Part shown: in pieces, positions 1 through 9,741 of the stretch
Layout of the letters: each line of letters begins with the position of its first letter
How positions within the stretch are numbered: the first letter of the stretch is position 1
From: Akkermansia muciniphila ATCC BAA-835
GTDB lineage: Bacteria > Verrucomicrobiota > Verrucomicrobiia > Verrucomicrobiales > Akkermansiaceae
Reading direction: 5' to 3'
Length of the DNA stretch: 32,000 nt
Assembly: GCF_000020225.1 (NCBI RefSeq)
Contig: NC_010655.1
Span: 2,460,001-2,492,000, forward strand
Notes under the pieces: model-generated
What the model saw: the letters and a program-made list of their open reading frames with translations, nothing else
Told to the model about the DNA's origin: nothing
Database searches by the model: none
Program-made: the position numbers and the translations under genes

Positions 1-250
1 TTTCATTGTAAGGTTGCCCGGCATGAATGCGGCAGTCGAAAATCTGGCGCATGCGGCAGGCATCCTCCACATGGTCAAAATGCTGGTGGGTGATGAGAAG
101 ATCCGTGATGATGATATCGGGCTTTTTGGAATAGATCCAGTCCGCAAAGCCGGACGGAGCGTCCACCGCCACGTAAGCGTTATCCCTCGTCTTAAAGAGG
201 TAACCATTACAGGAAGCAACTCCACCCGTATAAACGCGAATCCGATCCAT
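1..250 (-). CDS. MBL-fold metallo-hydrolase (glyoxalase II-like), N-terminal part only; the gene runs off the left edge
   Basis: Manual minus-strand translation from ATG (248-250) is open to the window edge: MDRIRVYTGGVASCNGYLFKTRDNAYVAVDAPSGF...ITHQHFDHVED. It contains the HxHxDH zinc motif. The track's plus-strand ORF 14-265 is its antisense shadow. Confidence 0.8.
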   Translation of the reverse strand, partial: MDRIRVYTGGVASCNGYLFKTRDNAYVAVDAPSGFADWIYSKKPDIIITDLLITHQHFDHVEDACRMRQIFDCRIHAGQPYNE

Positions 251-341
251 GGGCAGGGATTGTAGTGAGATTGCCCGGAATATCCAGTATAAAGACGGTT
301 CCCTTAAATAGCTTTCTGTCATCTTCCCCTGGAAAAGCCCC

Positions 342-1343
342 TCATATCAGTCTCCAAGGAATGGTGCATCCGGCATCCATCGGCACCACTTTCTGTCCAT
401 GTCCTTCATAAGCGTCCGGCACCAGCATTTCACGCCGCTGCAGACGGACCGTCCTGGCAGGCGGATTCAACCCGTACAAAGCGCAGGCATGACCGGAAAC
501 AAAGCCCTGCAACCGGTCCAGGGCCCCGTGTTCGTCAAACAGGGCCGCCAGACGAGGAAGAGCGATGGGGGCGGTAAACACGCCGGCGGCGCATCCGCAC
601 GCTTCCTTGGCATGGATGGGATGGGGGGCGGAGTCACTGCCGAACATGAGGCGGGGATGCCCGGAAAGGGCAGCCTGCAACAGGGCTTCCCGGTCTTCCG
701 GCCTTTTGGCGATCGGCTTGCAGAACAGATGCGGCCTCAGCATGCCACCGGCCACATCGTCCAAAGTAATGAGAAGATGCTGGAGGGTTACCGTGGCGGC
801 CAGGTTTTCAAATTCGTCCAGCAGCTGCACGGCGGCGGCCGTGGTAATATGTTCCATGCAGATAGTCAGCCGGGGGAAGCGCGTAGCCAAATCACGGTAA
901 ACATCCAGGAATTCGGCCTCCCGGTCCATCACGAAGCCGTGGCTTTCGCCATGCACCAGCAAAGGAATATCCATTTCCTGCATGATGGACAGGGTAGCTT
1001 CCGCATCCTTCATGGCCTTCACGCCGCCCTCGCTGTTCGTGGTGGCTCCTGCCGGGTACAGCTTGATGCCGAACACCAGTTCCTTGAGCCGGGACAATTC
1101 CTTTTCTGAATAGGAGCGAAAAAATGCCGTCATGTACGGCTGGAATACATCGTCTCCGCAAGCGTCCAGCACCCGCTGCCGGTAAGCCTGCACCGCACCC
1201 GCATCAGCCACCGGAGGCACCAGGTTGGGCATGATGACCGCCCCGGCAAAAGAGGCGGAACTTAACGGAGCGACCAGCTTCATCATATCGCCGTCCCTCA
1301 GGTGAAGATGCATGTCCAGCGGGGAGTGCAGTTCCAGAATCAT
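342..1343 (-). CDS. pyrC: Dihydroorotase, homodimeric (E. coli PyrC) type
   Basis: Motifs [35 protein letters not shown] and FGSDSAPH align with E. coli PyrC along the whole length. Start moved to the internal ATG at 1343 ([14 protein letters not shown]...) because the 49-aa upstream extension in the track has no PyrC counterpart. Confidence 0.93.
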   Translation of the reverse strand: MILELHSPLDMHLHLRDGDMMKLVAPLSSASFAGAVIMPNLVPPVADAGAVQAYRQRVLDACGDDVFQPYMTAFFRSYSEKELSRLKELVFGIKLYPAGATTNSEGGVKAMKDAEATLSIMQEMDIPLLVHGESHGFVMDREAEFLDVYRDLATRFPRLTICMEHITTAAAVQLLDEFENLAATVTLQHLLITLDDVAGGMLRPHLFCKPIAKRPEDREALLQAALSGHPRLMFGSDSAPHPIHAKEACGCAAGVFTAPIALPRLAALFDEHGALDRLQGFVSGHACALYGLNPPARTVRLQRREMLVPDAYEGHGQKVVPMDAGCTIPWRLI

Positions 1344-1610
1344 GCCGACATCATGAGGGAAGATTGCGCCTAAATCAAGCACGCTCCCCCGCCCTGCAGG
1401 AAAGCAATTCTCCAACGGGCAGGGAAAACGGGCATTTTCCCGCAAACCGGAAGGGATGCGGTACTCTTTGCTGCTGTTGCGACAAGGCAAAATCGCCGGG
1501 AAACGAATCGTAAAAGCAAATTCTGTCCCAATGCCTCAGAAAAACGCTGTTCTCCCGAACGGCTTTCTTGAAACAGCAGACGGAATGCAGGAACAGTAAA
1601 AGTCCGAATG

Positions 1611-1640
1611 AAAAAAAGCCGCCCGGAGGCGGCTGTTTTT
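1611..1640 (-). terminator. Intrinsic terminator downstream of tRNA-Asp (bidirectional-looking)
   Basis: Stem gccgcc (1618-1623), loop cgga, stem ggcggc (1628-1633). Flanked by A7 (1611-1617, a T-run on the minus strand) and tgttttt on the plus strand. Confidence 0.7.
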
Positions 1641-1651
1641 CCTGAACAAGG

Positions 1652-1729
1652 TGGCGAAGCGGACGGGGCTCGAACCCGCGACCTCCAGCGTGACAGGCTG
1701 GCGCTCTAACCGAACTGAGCTACCGCTCC
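1652..1729 (-). tRNA. tRNA-Asp: tRNA-Asp (anticodon GTC), CCA encoded
   Basis: Reverse complement reads GGAGCGGTAGCTCAGTTCGGTTAGAGCGCCAGCCTGTCACGCTGGAGGTCGCGGGTTCGAGCCCCGTCCGCTTCGCCA. Cloverleaf folds with acceptor 7 bp, anticodon stem CCAGC/GCTGG, loop CTGTCAC and T-loop TTCGAGC. Close to E. coli tRNA-Asp. Confidence 0.95.
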
Positions 1730-1773
1730 ATAACCTTGGATGCCGTCCCTGCCTTGCGGCGGGGACGTGGAGG

Positions 1774-1803
1774 CTTATACACGCCTTTATACCCCGGTGA
1801 CAA
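1774..1803 (-). promoter_or_regulatory. Putative sigma70-type promoter for tRNA-Asp
   Basis: On the minus strand: TTGTCA (1803-1798), 18-nt spacer, TATAAG (1779-1774), about 45 nt upstream of the mature tRNA 5' end. Confidence 0.3.
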
Positions 1804-1964
1804 GAAAAAAAGACTTTTTTTGCAACTTCTGCAACCGTCGGCGGTTTGTACGGTGAAGAAACCGTAACTTTTCAGTTACCCGATTTATTTCAATACAGCA
1901 ATAACTTCTCAACTTTATTTGTTTTAGTTTGACAACAATTAACCGGTTTTGACATAACACCCCC

Positions 1965-2435
1965 ATGCTTCAGACTGCCGCGGATATCACAGCCTCCGTT
2001 CACAAATTCGAGACGATCCTTCACCAGTTCAAAAGGGATAACCTGAATGAGGTGGACCAGAGCCATTACCAGAAAATCATGGGGCTTTCCGTCCGGCAGA
2101 TGAACGCCCTGGGTGCCCTGAACCACCTGATGACCAACCGCCAGGAAGGCATTCCCCTGAAAGAGCTTGCCCATTATCTCCGCATGAGCATTCCCTCCAC
2201 CTCCCTGCTGGTGGACAGCATGGTGAAGAAAGGCCTGTTCGACCGCAAGGAGAATCCCCGCGACAGGCGTTCCCTGTGCATCCGCCTTTCCGAGGAAGGC
2301 GAATCCAGGTTCCAGATGCTTTTCAACGGCATGAAGGAAAAACTGGATACCCTGTTCAGCACTCTGTCGCAAGAGGACAAGGAGAATTTCTGCCGTATTG
2401 TGGATACCCTTTACAACCACGTTTACAGTAAATAA
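1965..2435 (+). CDS. MarR-family transcriptional regulator
   Basis: 156 aa, a typical MarR size. Winged-HTH core LSVRQMNALGALNHL...IPLKELAHYLRMSIPSTSLLVDSMVKKGLFDRKENPRDRRSLCIRLSEEGE. Sits immediately upstream of an RND pump operon. Confidence 0.88.
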   Translation: MLQTAADITASVHKFETILHQFKRDNLNEVDQSHYQKIMGLSVRQMNALGALNHLMTNRQEGIPLKELAHYLRMSIPSTSLLVDSMVKKGLFDRKENPRDRRSLCIRLSEEGESRFQMLFNGMKEKLDTLFSTLSQEDKENFCRIVDTLYNHVYSK

Positions 2436-2441
2436 TACCAT

Positions 2442-3578
2442 ATGAAAAAACACACGCATCATCGGAAGGCGCCCCTCCGCCTGCTGGCCGGTTCCGGCCT
2501 GCTTTTTTCCCTGTTTGTTCCGGGTTATTCCCAAGGAACGCCGGGAGGGGCTGCAGCCAAACCCAGTACCGTACTCGTCCAGAAAGCCGCCGCTATTGAC
2601 AGCGCGGTGAACAAGAAGTACATCGGCCAGGTGGAAGCCATTGACCGGGTGACTGTGCAGCCCCGCGTCTCCGGCAACATCGTAGCCACCCGTTTCCGGG
2701 AAGGAAAGGTCGTGAAGAAGGGGGATCTCCTGTTCGAAATTGAGGATACGCGCTACAGGGCGGCTGTGGAGGAAGCGGTAGCCAAAAAGGCCCAGCTTGA
2801 AGCCAAACTGCTTTACGCAAAAAATAGTTTTGAACGCTATAACAGGTTGCTGGCCTCCAAATCCGTCTCCATGGACACGGTGGAAAACGCCAAGAGCACC
2901 ATGCATGCCCTGGAAGCGGAAATCCAGTCCGCAAACGCCGCCATTACGGTAGCGAAGGACGATCTTAACTATACCAGGCTCACGGCTCCCATCACGGGCC
3001 GCACAGGCCGCGTCACCTTTTCCACGGGCAATTACATCACCCCCACCTCCGGTTCCCTGGTGACCATTACAGGCATCGATGAAGTGTACGTGAAGTTCCC
3101 TATCAGCGAACGCGATTTCCTTTCCCTGTTCGGTACCCAGGAAAATATGAAGAAAGACGCCCTTGTGTCCGTCAACCTCGCCAACGGCAAGGCATACGAC
3201 CAGCCGGGCAGGATTTTCATGACGGACAATACCGTCCAGACGACCACGGACACCCTGAATGTCTGGGCAAAATTCCCCAATCCGGAAGACGTGCTGACGC
3301 CCGGCGGCGTAGTCACGGTTAATCTTTCCAAGAAAAACGTGGACCGCTTCCCGGCTGCCAACATTTCCTCCGTGATGCACGATGCCTACAAGAGCTACGT
3401 TTACATCGTCAACGACCAGGGCGTCGTGGAACGCCGGGACGTTACGCTGGGCAACACGGTCAATAATGAACAGTGTTTCAGTTCCGGCGTTAAGGAAGGG
3501 GAAGTCGTCATCATCGACGGCATGCACAAGGTGCGTCCCGGCGCCAAGGTGAATCCGGTATATTCCGTTCAAAACTGA
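2442..3578 (+). CDS. RND efflux periplasmic adaptor (membrane fusion protein, AcrA/HlyD family)
   Basis: N-terminal signal sequence. Lipoyl/hairpin/beta-barrel signature regions (GQVEAIDRVTVQPRVSGNI, GDLLFEIED, coiled-coil segment, YTRLTAPITGRTG). 7 nt upstream of an AcrB-type gene. Confidence 0.93.
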   Translation: MKKHTHHRKAPLRLLAGSGLLFSLFVPGYSQGTPGGAAAKPSTVLVQKAAAIDSAVNKKYIGQVEAIDRVTVQPRVSGNIVATRFREGKVVKKGDLLFEIEDTRYRAAVEEAVAKKAQLEAKLLYAKNSFERYNRLLASKSVSMDTVENAKSTMHALEAEIQSANAAITVAKDDLNYTRLTAPITGRTGRVTFSTGNYITPTSGSLVTITGIDEVYVKFPISERDFLSLFGTQENMKKDALVSVNLANGKAYDQPGRIFMTDNTVQTTTDTLNVWAKFPNPEDVLTPGGVVTVNLSKKNVDRFPAANISSVMHDAYKSYVYIVNDQGVVERRDVTLGNTVNNEQCFSSGVKEGEVVIIDGMHKVRPGAKVNPVYSVQN

Positions 3579-3585
3579 GCTACCC

Positions 3586-6500
3586 ATGATTGCGGACCTG
3601 TTTATCAAACGCCCCAAATTCGCCATCGTCATCGCCATCCTGATGATGCTGGCTGGCGGCATCTGCCTGAACCAGCTCCCCATTGCGGAGTATCCGGAAA
3701 TCGCGCCCACCAGCATCAACGTGCAGGCCACCTATACGGGTGCCAGCGCCCAGGTAGTGATGGAAACGCTGGCCTCCCCCATTGAGGAAGAACTCAACGG
3801 GTTGGAAAACCTGCTCTATTTCTCCTCCAAGTCAGATAACACCGGCGGGTATTCCCTGTCCCTGACGTTCAAGAGCGGCACGAATTCGGACATCAACATG
3901 GTGAACGTTCAGAACGCCTTGAAACGGGTGGAATACAAACTTCCCAAGGAGGTGACGGACCAGGGCATCAAGATCAAGAAACGCTCCTCTGACATCCTGG
4001 GATTCTTCGCTTTCCGGTCCACCAGCATGAGTTCCCTGGAGCTGAACAACTTCGTCAAGACCAGGGTGAAGGATGAGGTTGCCCGCGTACCGGGAATCTC
4101 TGCCGTCAACCTGATGCCGGAAAAGAATTACAGCATGCGCATCTGGCTGGACGCCCTGCGCATGTCCGCCCTGAATATCACGCCGGATGACGTTTCCAAT
4201 GCCATCAAGGCGCAGAACGTTCAGGCCGCGGCCGGCTCCATCGGCTCGGAAGGGGAAAACAACTTCATCCAATACAAGGTGAACGTCACCGGACGACTGC
4301 AGACCGTGGAGGAATTCAGCAAGATTATCGTCCGCACGGGCCAGGATGGCCACGTTACCCGGCTGGACGACATTGCCCGCATTGAGCTGGGCGCGGAAAC
4401 CTACACGGGCAGCAGCCGCAACAACGGGGAAGACTCCGTGAACATGGCTGTGTACCGCCTGGATGACGCCAATGCCCTGGAAGCCATGAACGGCGTGAAA
4501 GACACGCTGGAGAAGCTGGAAAAACGTTTTCCGGAAGGTGTGAGCTACGTCGTGAGCTACGACCCCACGCAATACATTTCCGCCACCATGGCGGAAATCG
4601 TGGAAACGCTTGTCATCGCCCTGATTCTGGTGGTGGGCATCACGTACCTGTTCCTGCAGGACTGGCGTGCCACGCTCATTCCGGCGCTCGCCATTCCCGT
4701 CTCCCTGATAGGCACCTTCGCCATCCTGCTGCCCCTGGGCTTTTCCATCAATGTGCTGACCATGTTCGGCCTTATTCTAGTAATCGGGTCCCTGGTGGAC
4801 GACGGCATCATCGTAGTGGAAAATACGATGCGCATTCTGGAGACGGAGGATCTCTCGCCGGAAGAAGCCACCAGGAAGAGCATGCACCAGATTACAGGCG
4901 CCATCATCGCCACCACGCTGGTGACGGTCGCCATTTACGTGCCCATCGCCTTCTTCGGCGGCATGGTAGGGAACATTTACATGCAATTCTCCGTAACCAT
5001 GTGCGTGGCCCTCTGCCTTTCCGCCATCAATTCCCTGACGCTCAGCCCCGCGCTGTGCGTTCTGCTGCTGAAAAGGAAGCAAAAGAAACAGAGCAGGTTC
5101 AGCCTCTTCCGCCCCTTCAATGTCTCTCTGGAATGGGCGCGCAAAAGCTATATCAAATGCGCCGGCATCATGGTGCGCCGCGCGTGGCTTACGCTGATTC
5201 TGCTGGCCGCTGTCCTGGTCGGCAACTGGAAACTGTTTGAGACCGTACCCAAATCCTTCCTTCCTCCGGAAGACAAGGGCACCGTTTTCTGTGATATCCA
5301 GCTGGCCCCTGGCGCCACGCTGGGCCGTACGGAACAGGCCATGCGCAGTGCGGAACAGAAGCTGATGAGCATCCCCGGCGTGCGCCAGGTTTCCTCCACT
5401 TCCGGATTCAGCTTCATGGGCGGCAACGGGGAAAACCTGGGCATGTGCATCGCCCAGCTTGACCCCTGGGACAAACGCAAGACGCCGGAGCTTTCCCTGG
5501 ATTCCATCATGCAGAAAGCTTCCATCCTGTGTGATGAAATTCCGGCGGCCAAGGCCACCGTGTTCAGCCCGCCCGCCATCATGGGGCTGGGCCTGACGGG
5601 CGGCGTCTCCTTCATGCTCCAGGCCAGCGGGGAGGAAACTCCCAAGGACCTGGAACGAGTGACCAACGACCTGCTGGACAAAATCAACAAACTGCCGGGA
5701 ACCATGTACGCCCGCAGCGCGTATGAGGCGAACACCCCCCAGCTTTTCCTGAACATCGACCGTGAAAAGGCGCAGAGCATGCACGTGCCCGTCAGCCGCA
5801 TCTTCACGACGCTTCAAAGCAAGCTGGCCTCCATGTACATCAATGATTTCAACCTGATCGGCTACACGTTCAAGGTGAAGATGCAGTCCGCGGCAGAGGA
5901 CCGCACCACCATCAATGACATCATGAACACCTACATTCAGAACGATCAGGGCCAGATGGTGCCTCTCAGCTCCGTAGCCACCCTGTCTTACATGGTGGGG
6001 CCGCGGCAAATATCCCGTTTCAACCAGCTCATGTCCGCAGAAGTGACCGCCCAGGCAAAACCCGGCGTCAGCAGCGGCGAGCTGATGAACCAGATTGAGG
6101 CTATTCCGCTGCCGGAAAATTACTCCATCACCTGGACGGACATGAGCTATCAGGAACGGCAGAACGATGGGAAAATCGTCCTGCTGATGGGTATGGCCCT
6201 GCTCTTCGGCTACCTGTTCCTGGTGGCGCAATATGAAAGCTGGACGGTTCCCATTTCCGTCATTGTCTCCGTCTCCGTCGCCCTGTTGGGCGCTTTGCTC
6301 GGCCTGATTATCTGCAACACGCCCCTGAGCATTTACGCTCAGCTCGGCCTGGTGATGCTGGTGGGCCTGGCCGGGAAAAACGCTATTCTGATGGTGGAGT
6401 TCTCCAAAATGGAGCGGGAGCGCGGCGTTCCCATCCAGGAAGCCGCCCTGGAAGGAGCCCGGCAGCGCTTCCGCGCCGTGATGATGACGGCCATTTCCTT

Positions 6501-6693
6501 CATCATCGGGGTATTCCCCATGGTCATCGCCTCCGGAGCGGGCGCGGCAAGCCGCAAAGCCATTGGCATCTCCACCTTCTACGGCATGATTCTCGCAACA
6601 GTAGTGGGCATTCTGTTCATTCCGGCCCTGTACGCCATGTTCCAGCGTTACCGCGAATGGGTGAAAGGCCTGTTTGCCAGAAAGGCGGAATAA
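3586..6693 (+). CDS. RND efflux permease (AcrB/HAE1 family)
   Basis: 1035 aa. MIADLFIKRPKFAIVIAILMMLAG start, GSLVDDGIIVVEN motif, two large periplasmic loops and a 12-TM pattern. Confidence 0.96.
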   Translation: MIADLFIKRPKFAIVIAILMMLAGGICLNQLPIAEYPEIAPTSINVQATYTGASAQVVMETLASPIEEELNGLENLLYFSSKSDNTGGYSLSLTFKSGTNSDINMVNVQNALKRVEYKLPKEVTDQGIKIKKRSSDILGFFAFRSTSMSSLELNNFVKTRVKDEVARVPGISAVNLMPEKNYSMRIWLDALRMSALNITPDDVSNAIKAQNVQAAAGSIGSEGENNFIQYKVNVTGRLQTVEEFSKIIVRTGQDGHVTRLDDIARIELGAETYTGSSRNNGEDSVNMAVYRLDDANALEAMNGVKDTLEKLEKRFPEGVSYVVSYDPTQYISATMAEIVETLVIALILVVGITYLFLQDWRATLIPALAIPVSLIGTFAILLPLGFSINVLTMFGLILVIGSLVDDGIIVVENTMRILETEDLSPEEATRKSMHQITGAIIATTLVTVAIYVPIAFFGGMVGNIYMQFSVTMCVALCLSAINSLTLSPALCVLLLKRKQKKQSRFSLFRPFNVSLEWARKSYIKCAGIMVRRAWLTLILLAAVLVGNWKLFETVPKSFLPPEDKGTVFCDIQLAPGATLGRTEQAMRSAEQKLMSIPGVRQVSSTSGFSFMGGNGENLGMCIAQLDPWDKRKTPELSLDSIMQKASILCDEIPAAKATVFSPPAIMGLGLTGGVSFMLQASGEETPKDLERVTNDLLDKINKLPGTMYARSAYEANTPQLFLNIDREKAQSMHVPVSRIFTTLQSKLASMYINDFNLIGYTFKVKMQSAAEDRTTINDIMNTYIQNDQGQMVPLSSVATLSYMVGPRQISRFNQLMSAEVTAQAKPGVSSGELMNQIEAIPLPENYSITWTDMSYQERQNDGKIVLLMGMALLFGYLFLVAQYESWTVPISVIVSVSVALLGALLGLIICNTPLSIYAQLGLVMLVGLAGKNAILMVEFSKMERERGVPIQEAALEGARQRFRAVMMTAISFIIGVFPMVIASGAGAASRKAIGISTFYGMILATVVGILFIPALYAMFQRYREWVKGLFARKAE

Positions 6694-6719
6694 ATGTAAA
6701 GGAAGACTGCTCCATGAAG

Positions 6720-6757
6720 GACGGGGCGGCCTTGGCCGCCCCGTCTTTTTCTTTTTT
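6720..6757 (+). terminator. Intrinsic terminator of the marR-MFP-RND operon
   Basis: gacggggcgg (6720-6729), loop ccttgg, ccgccccgtc (6736-6745), followed by tttttctttttt. Lies between convergent RND and folA ends. Confidence 0.85.
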
Positions 6758-6796
6758 ATGCTTCAGCGCCTCCCGCGGAGTTACGGACAAGAGCGG

Positions 6797-7276
6797 CTAT
6801 TTGACCTGCTCGTACAAATACAGGTCAAAATCTTCAAAATGTTCCTTCAGGACGGCACGCTCCAGCCGGTTCTCAAACGGAGGAAGAAAAGTATCCGCCG
6901 GATATTCCCCCTTTACTTTGGAAACCCACATGCGGGACATGGCCGGCATCATCAGGGAAAAAATCTCCGCACCCCCGATCACCATGATTTCCGGGTCCAT
7001 CAATTCCAGACATTCCAACTCCCCTGCGGAATGAACCACCTGAACGCCTTCCGCCGTCCACGCCGGGTCACGGGTCAGCACGATGTTCTGCCTGCCGGGA
7101 AGAGGCCTGCCTATGCTCTCATACGTTTTCCGGCCCATCAGCACGGGGTGCCCCGTCGTAATGCGCTTGAACGTCTTGAGGTCGTCCGGCAAATGCCAGG
7201 GGAGCGCCCCCCGGTAACCAATGCCGCGGTCGGGAGCCATGGCGACCACTCCTGTATAAGTAACGGGTTGTGACAT
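6797..7276 (-). CDS. folA: Dihydrofolate reductase
   Basis: 159 aa. VAMAPDRGIGYRGALPWHLPDDLKTFKRITTGHPVLMGRKTYESIGRPLPGRQNIVLTRD is the canonical DHFR N-terminal half. 22 nt downstream of thyA on the same strand. Confidence 0.95.
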   Translation of the reverse strand: MSQPVTYTGVVAMAPDRGIGYRGALPWHLPDDLKTFKRITTGHPVLMGRKTYESIGRPLPGRQNIVLTRDPAWTAEGVQVVHSAGELECLELMDPEIMVIGGAEIFSLMMPAMSRMWVSKVKGEYPADTFLPPFENRLERAVLKEHFEDFDLYLYEQVK

Positions 7277-7298
7277 GATGGATTAAGGGATGAATGTT

Positions 7299-8114
7299 CT
7301 AAACGGAGATGGGAGCCTTGATGTGCGGCAGGGGATCATACCCCACGAGCTCAAAATCTTCATAATGGAATCCGTCAATGGTTTTTACCTCCGGATTGAG
7401 CTTCATGACCGGGAGAGGACGGGGCGTGCGGGAGAGTTGTTCCCTCGCCTGGTCCAGATGGTTCCGGTACAGGTGCAGATCTCCGAACGTATGGATGAAT
7501 TCCCGGGCTTCATACCCGCATACCTGGGCGGTCATAAGCAACAGCAGCGCATAGGAAGCAATGTTGAAGGGAACCCCCAGAAAAAGATCCGCGCTGCGCT
7601 GGTAAAGCTGGAGGGAAAGGCCGTGCTTTTTTTCTCCCGGCTGGGCGGGAATCACGCAAAACTGGAACAGGGAATGGCACGGAGGGAGGGCCATGTCATC
7701 CACCAGGGCCACATTCCACGCACTGACGATGTGCCTCCGAGACCATGGATTGTGTTTCAGGCCGTCAACCAGTCTGGCAATCTGGTCAATGGGTTTGCCG
7801 TCGTTTCCCGGCCAGCAGCGCCACTGCGCGCCGTACACGGGCCCCAGATCCCCGTTTTCGTCGGCCCATTCATCCCAGATGCTGACGCCGTTGTCTTTCA
7901 AAAACTTGATATTGGTCTCTCCTTTCAGGAACCAGAGCAGCTCATAAATGATGGAGCGTAAATGAAGCTTCTTGGTGGTAAGGCATGGAAAACCGTCGCG
8001 CAAATCATACCTGCTCTGCCGCCCGAACACGCCGATAGTGCCCGTTCCGGTACGGTCCTCCCGCCCCGCTCCATTGCTCAGGACATCCTCCAAAAGTGCC
8101 AAATACTGCTTCAT
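7299..8114 (-). CDS. thyA: Thymidylate synthase (ThyA type)
   Basis: 271 aa. [37 protein letters not shown], catalytic [18 protein letters not shown]. Confidence 0.97.
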   Translation of the reverse strand: MKQYLALLEDVLSNGAGREDRTGTGTIGVFGRQSRYDLRDGFPCLTTKKLHLRSIIYELLWFLKGETNIKFLKDNGVSIWDEWADENGDLGPVYGAQWRCWPGNDGKPIDQIARLVDGLKHNPWSRRHIVSAWNVALVDDMALPPCHSLFQFCVIPAQPGEKKHGLSLQLYQRSADLFLGVPFNIASYALLLLMTAQVCGYEAREFIHTFGDLHLYRNHLDQAREQLSRTPRPLPVMKLNPEVKTIDGFHYEDFELVGYDPLPHIKAPISV

Positions 8115-8258
8115 TCCCTTAAATTACGCTTTTCTAATCCCTGGACCCGTGATAATACGAGCATGCGTCACCTTAGTATCATCTCCTGCTCCAAAAGCCA
8201 GCCTTTTCACTTCTCCCCGCCGTTTTCATCCCCCGCATCTTTTCCGGTTTTCCGTTCC

Positions 8259-9713
8259 ATGATCATTCCTGAAGAGCCATATTTGGGATTTGCCGCCTTT
8301 TGCCACATTGCAGGCGCCTTCTGCCTGATTCCGGCCCTGCTCCATACGCGCACGCCTCAGGGAACAATCGCGTGGCTCATTTCCCTGCTGGCATTTCCAT
8401 ATATTGCCGTCCCCTTTTACCTGATCCTGGGACGCCGGAGATTCAGCGGATATGTGGAAACGCGCCGCCGCCAGACGGACCCCGAATCCGCATGGGGGGA
8501 ACTGACGGATAAAATTACAAACTGCATGGTTCCGTATGCCGTACAGTCATCCGACACGGCGGGAAAAATCATGCACACGCTTTCCAATATCGTGCGGCTG
8601 CCCGTCTGCCGCGGCAATTCCTGCCGCCTGCTTATTGACGCGGCCAACGCTTTCCCGCGCATCTACGACGCCATCAAGAACGCAGAGCATTACATCCTGA
8701 TTGAATTCTTCATCATCAAAAACGACTCCGTGGGGCAGAACCTGAAGGACCTGCTGATTGAACGGGCCAAGGCCGGCATCCGCATTTACATGCTGTATGA
8801 TGAAATCGGCTCCCACAAGCTCCCCCCCGGTTACATTTCCGCCCTGCGGAAAGCAGGAGTGAACATTGAACCTTTCAACGGGAAGCGCCATTTCCTGAGC
8901 AACATCCTGCGGCTGAACTTCCGCAACCACCGGAAACTGGTGGTGGTGGACGGTTCCACCGCCTTCATCGGAGGCATGAATATAGGCAGGGAATACCTGG
9001 GCAAGGGAGCTCTGGGCTACTGGCGCGACACGTTTGTCCAGCTTGAAGGCCCCTCCGTCCAGCAAACGCAAATCAGCTTTCTGGAAGACTGGAACTGGGC
9101 CATGCTGAAATGCGGCCCCTCCTCCCTTCCCCGCCTCCGCTGGGAAATCACGCCCCAGCCGGAGGATGAAACCCTGCTCATCCTGCCCTCCGGCCCCGCA
9201 GACGTCATTCCCGCCTGGAAAACCGCGCTCATCGCCCTGGCGAACAGCGCCACCCGGCGGCTCTGGATATCCACCCCCTACTTCGTCCCGGACGAGGGAG
9301 TCATGGCCGCCCTGCAGGCGGCGGCCCTGCGGAACGTGGATGTGCGCATCCTGCGTCCGGAGCGGGCAGACCATATTCTGGTGAAACTGTCCTCCTTTAC
9401 TTTCCTTCGGGACCTGGACACATACGGCATCCAGCTCTGGGCCTATCAAAAGGGGTTCCTGCATCAGAAAGTAGTTCTGATGGACGATGACATAGCCACC
9501 GTGGGAACCGCCAATCTGGACAACCGTTCCCTGGCCCTGAACTTTGAAATCACCGCCGTTATCCATTCCCCCTCCGCCTGCGCGGAGGTAAAAGCCATGC
9601 TGGAGCAGGATTTTTCCTCCTCCAAGAGGGAATCCCTGGCGGATTACAACAATAAATCCCTGGGCTTCAAAATGCTCTGCAACCTGGCGCGACTGACGGC
9701 CCCCGTCCAGTAG
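8259..9713 (+). CDS. cls: Cardiolipin synthase (PLD superfamily, two HKD motifs)
   Basis: Two N-terminal TM helices, then HKD motifs HRKLVVVDG and HQKVVLMDDDIATVGTANLDNRS. Start set at ATG 8259 (484 aa) because the track start at 7962 overlaps thyA and adds non-homologous sequence. Confidence 0.9.
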   Translation: MIIPEEPYLGFAAFCHIAGAFCLIPALLHTRTPQGTIAWLISLLAFPYIAVPFYLILGRRRFSGYVETRRRQTDPESAWGELTDKITNCMVPYAVQSSDTAGKIMHTLSNIVRLPVCRGNSCRLLIDAANAFPRIYDAIKNAEHYILIEFFIIKNDSVGQNLKDLLIERAKAGIRIYMLYDEIGSHKLPPGYISALRKAGVNIEPFNGKRHFLSNILRLNFRNHRKLVVVDGSTAFIGGMNIGREYLGKGALGYWRDTFVQLEGPSVQQTQISFLEDWNWAMLKCGPSSLPRLRWEITPQPEDETLLILPSGPADVIPAWKTALIALANSATRRLWISTPYFVPDEGVMAALQAAALRNVDVRILRPERADHILVKLSSFTFLRDLDTYGIQLWAYQKGFLHQKVVLMDDDIATVGTANLDNRSLALNFEITAVIHSPSACAEVKAMLEQDFSSSKRESLADYNNKSLGFKMLCNLARLTAPVQ

Positions 9714-9741
9714 TTCTTCCGGCGAATCCGCTGTTGTATGC

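Noticed and set aside
14-265. 83-aa plus-strand ORF at the left edge
   Set aside because: The opposite strand translates into a clean MBL-fold hydrolase N-terminus with the HxHxDH motif, so the plus ORF is its antisense shadow.
1422-1441. Hairpin gggaaaa-cgggca-ttttccc about 80 nt upstream of pyrC as a PyrR-type attenuator
   Set aside because: No PyrR binding-loop consensus and no following T-run. A 7-bp AU-rich stem alone is insufficient.
1344-1490. 49-codon N-terminal extension of pyrC
   Set aside because: It has no counterpart in PyrC proteins. Homology starts at [18 protein letters not shown].
1652-1729. tRNA-Asp as an integration site for a genomic island carrying the marR-RND operon
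   Set aside because: There is no integrase, excisionase or duplicated tRNA 3'-end repeat anywhere in the window, and the flanking genes (pyrC, folA/thyA) are core.
1890-3731. 613-aa minus-strand ORF antisense to marR/MFP. The same phenomenon occurs at 4777-6231, 8547-9773, 9799-11316, 12717-13841, 16330-17304, 20078-21139, 21321-23801, 24570-25811 and 27945-29645.
   Set aside because: These are shadow ORFs typical of GC-rich DNA. They are Gly/His/Arg/Val-rich and low-complexity with no family motifs. Each lies opposite a gene with unmistakable homology motifs.
6720-6745. The hairpin as a terminator for folA as well (bidirectional)
   Set aside because: On the minus strand the stem is followed by CTTCATGG rather than a T-run, so only the plus-strand function is supported.
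7962-8258. Upstream 99-codon extension of the cardiolipin synthase ORF
   Set aside because: It overlaps the thyA coding region on the other strand and has no Cls-like sequence. ATG 8259 gives a typical ~484-aa Cls starting at the first TM helix.
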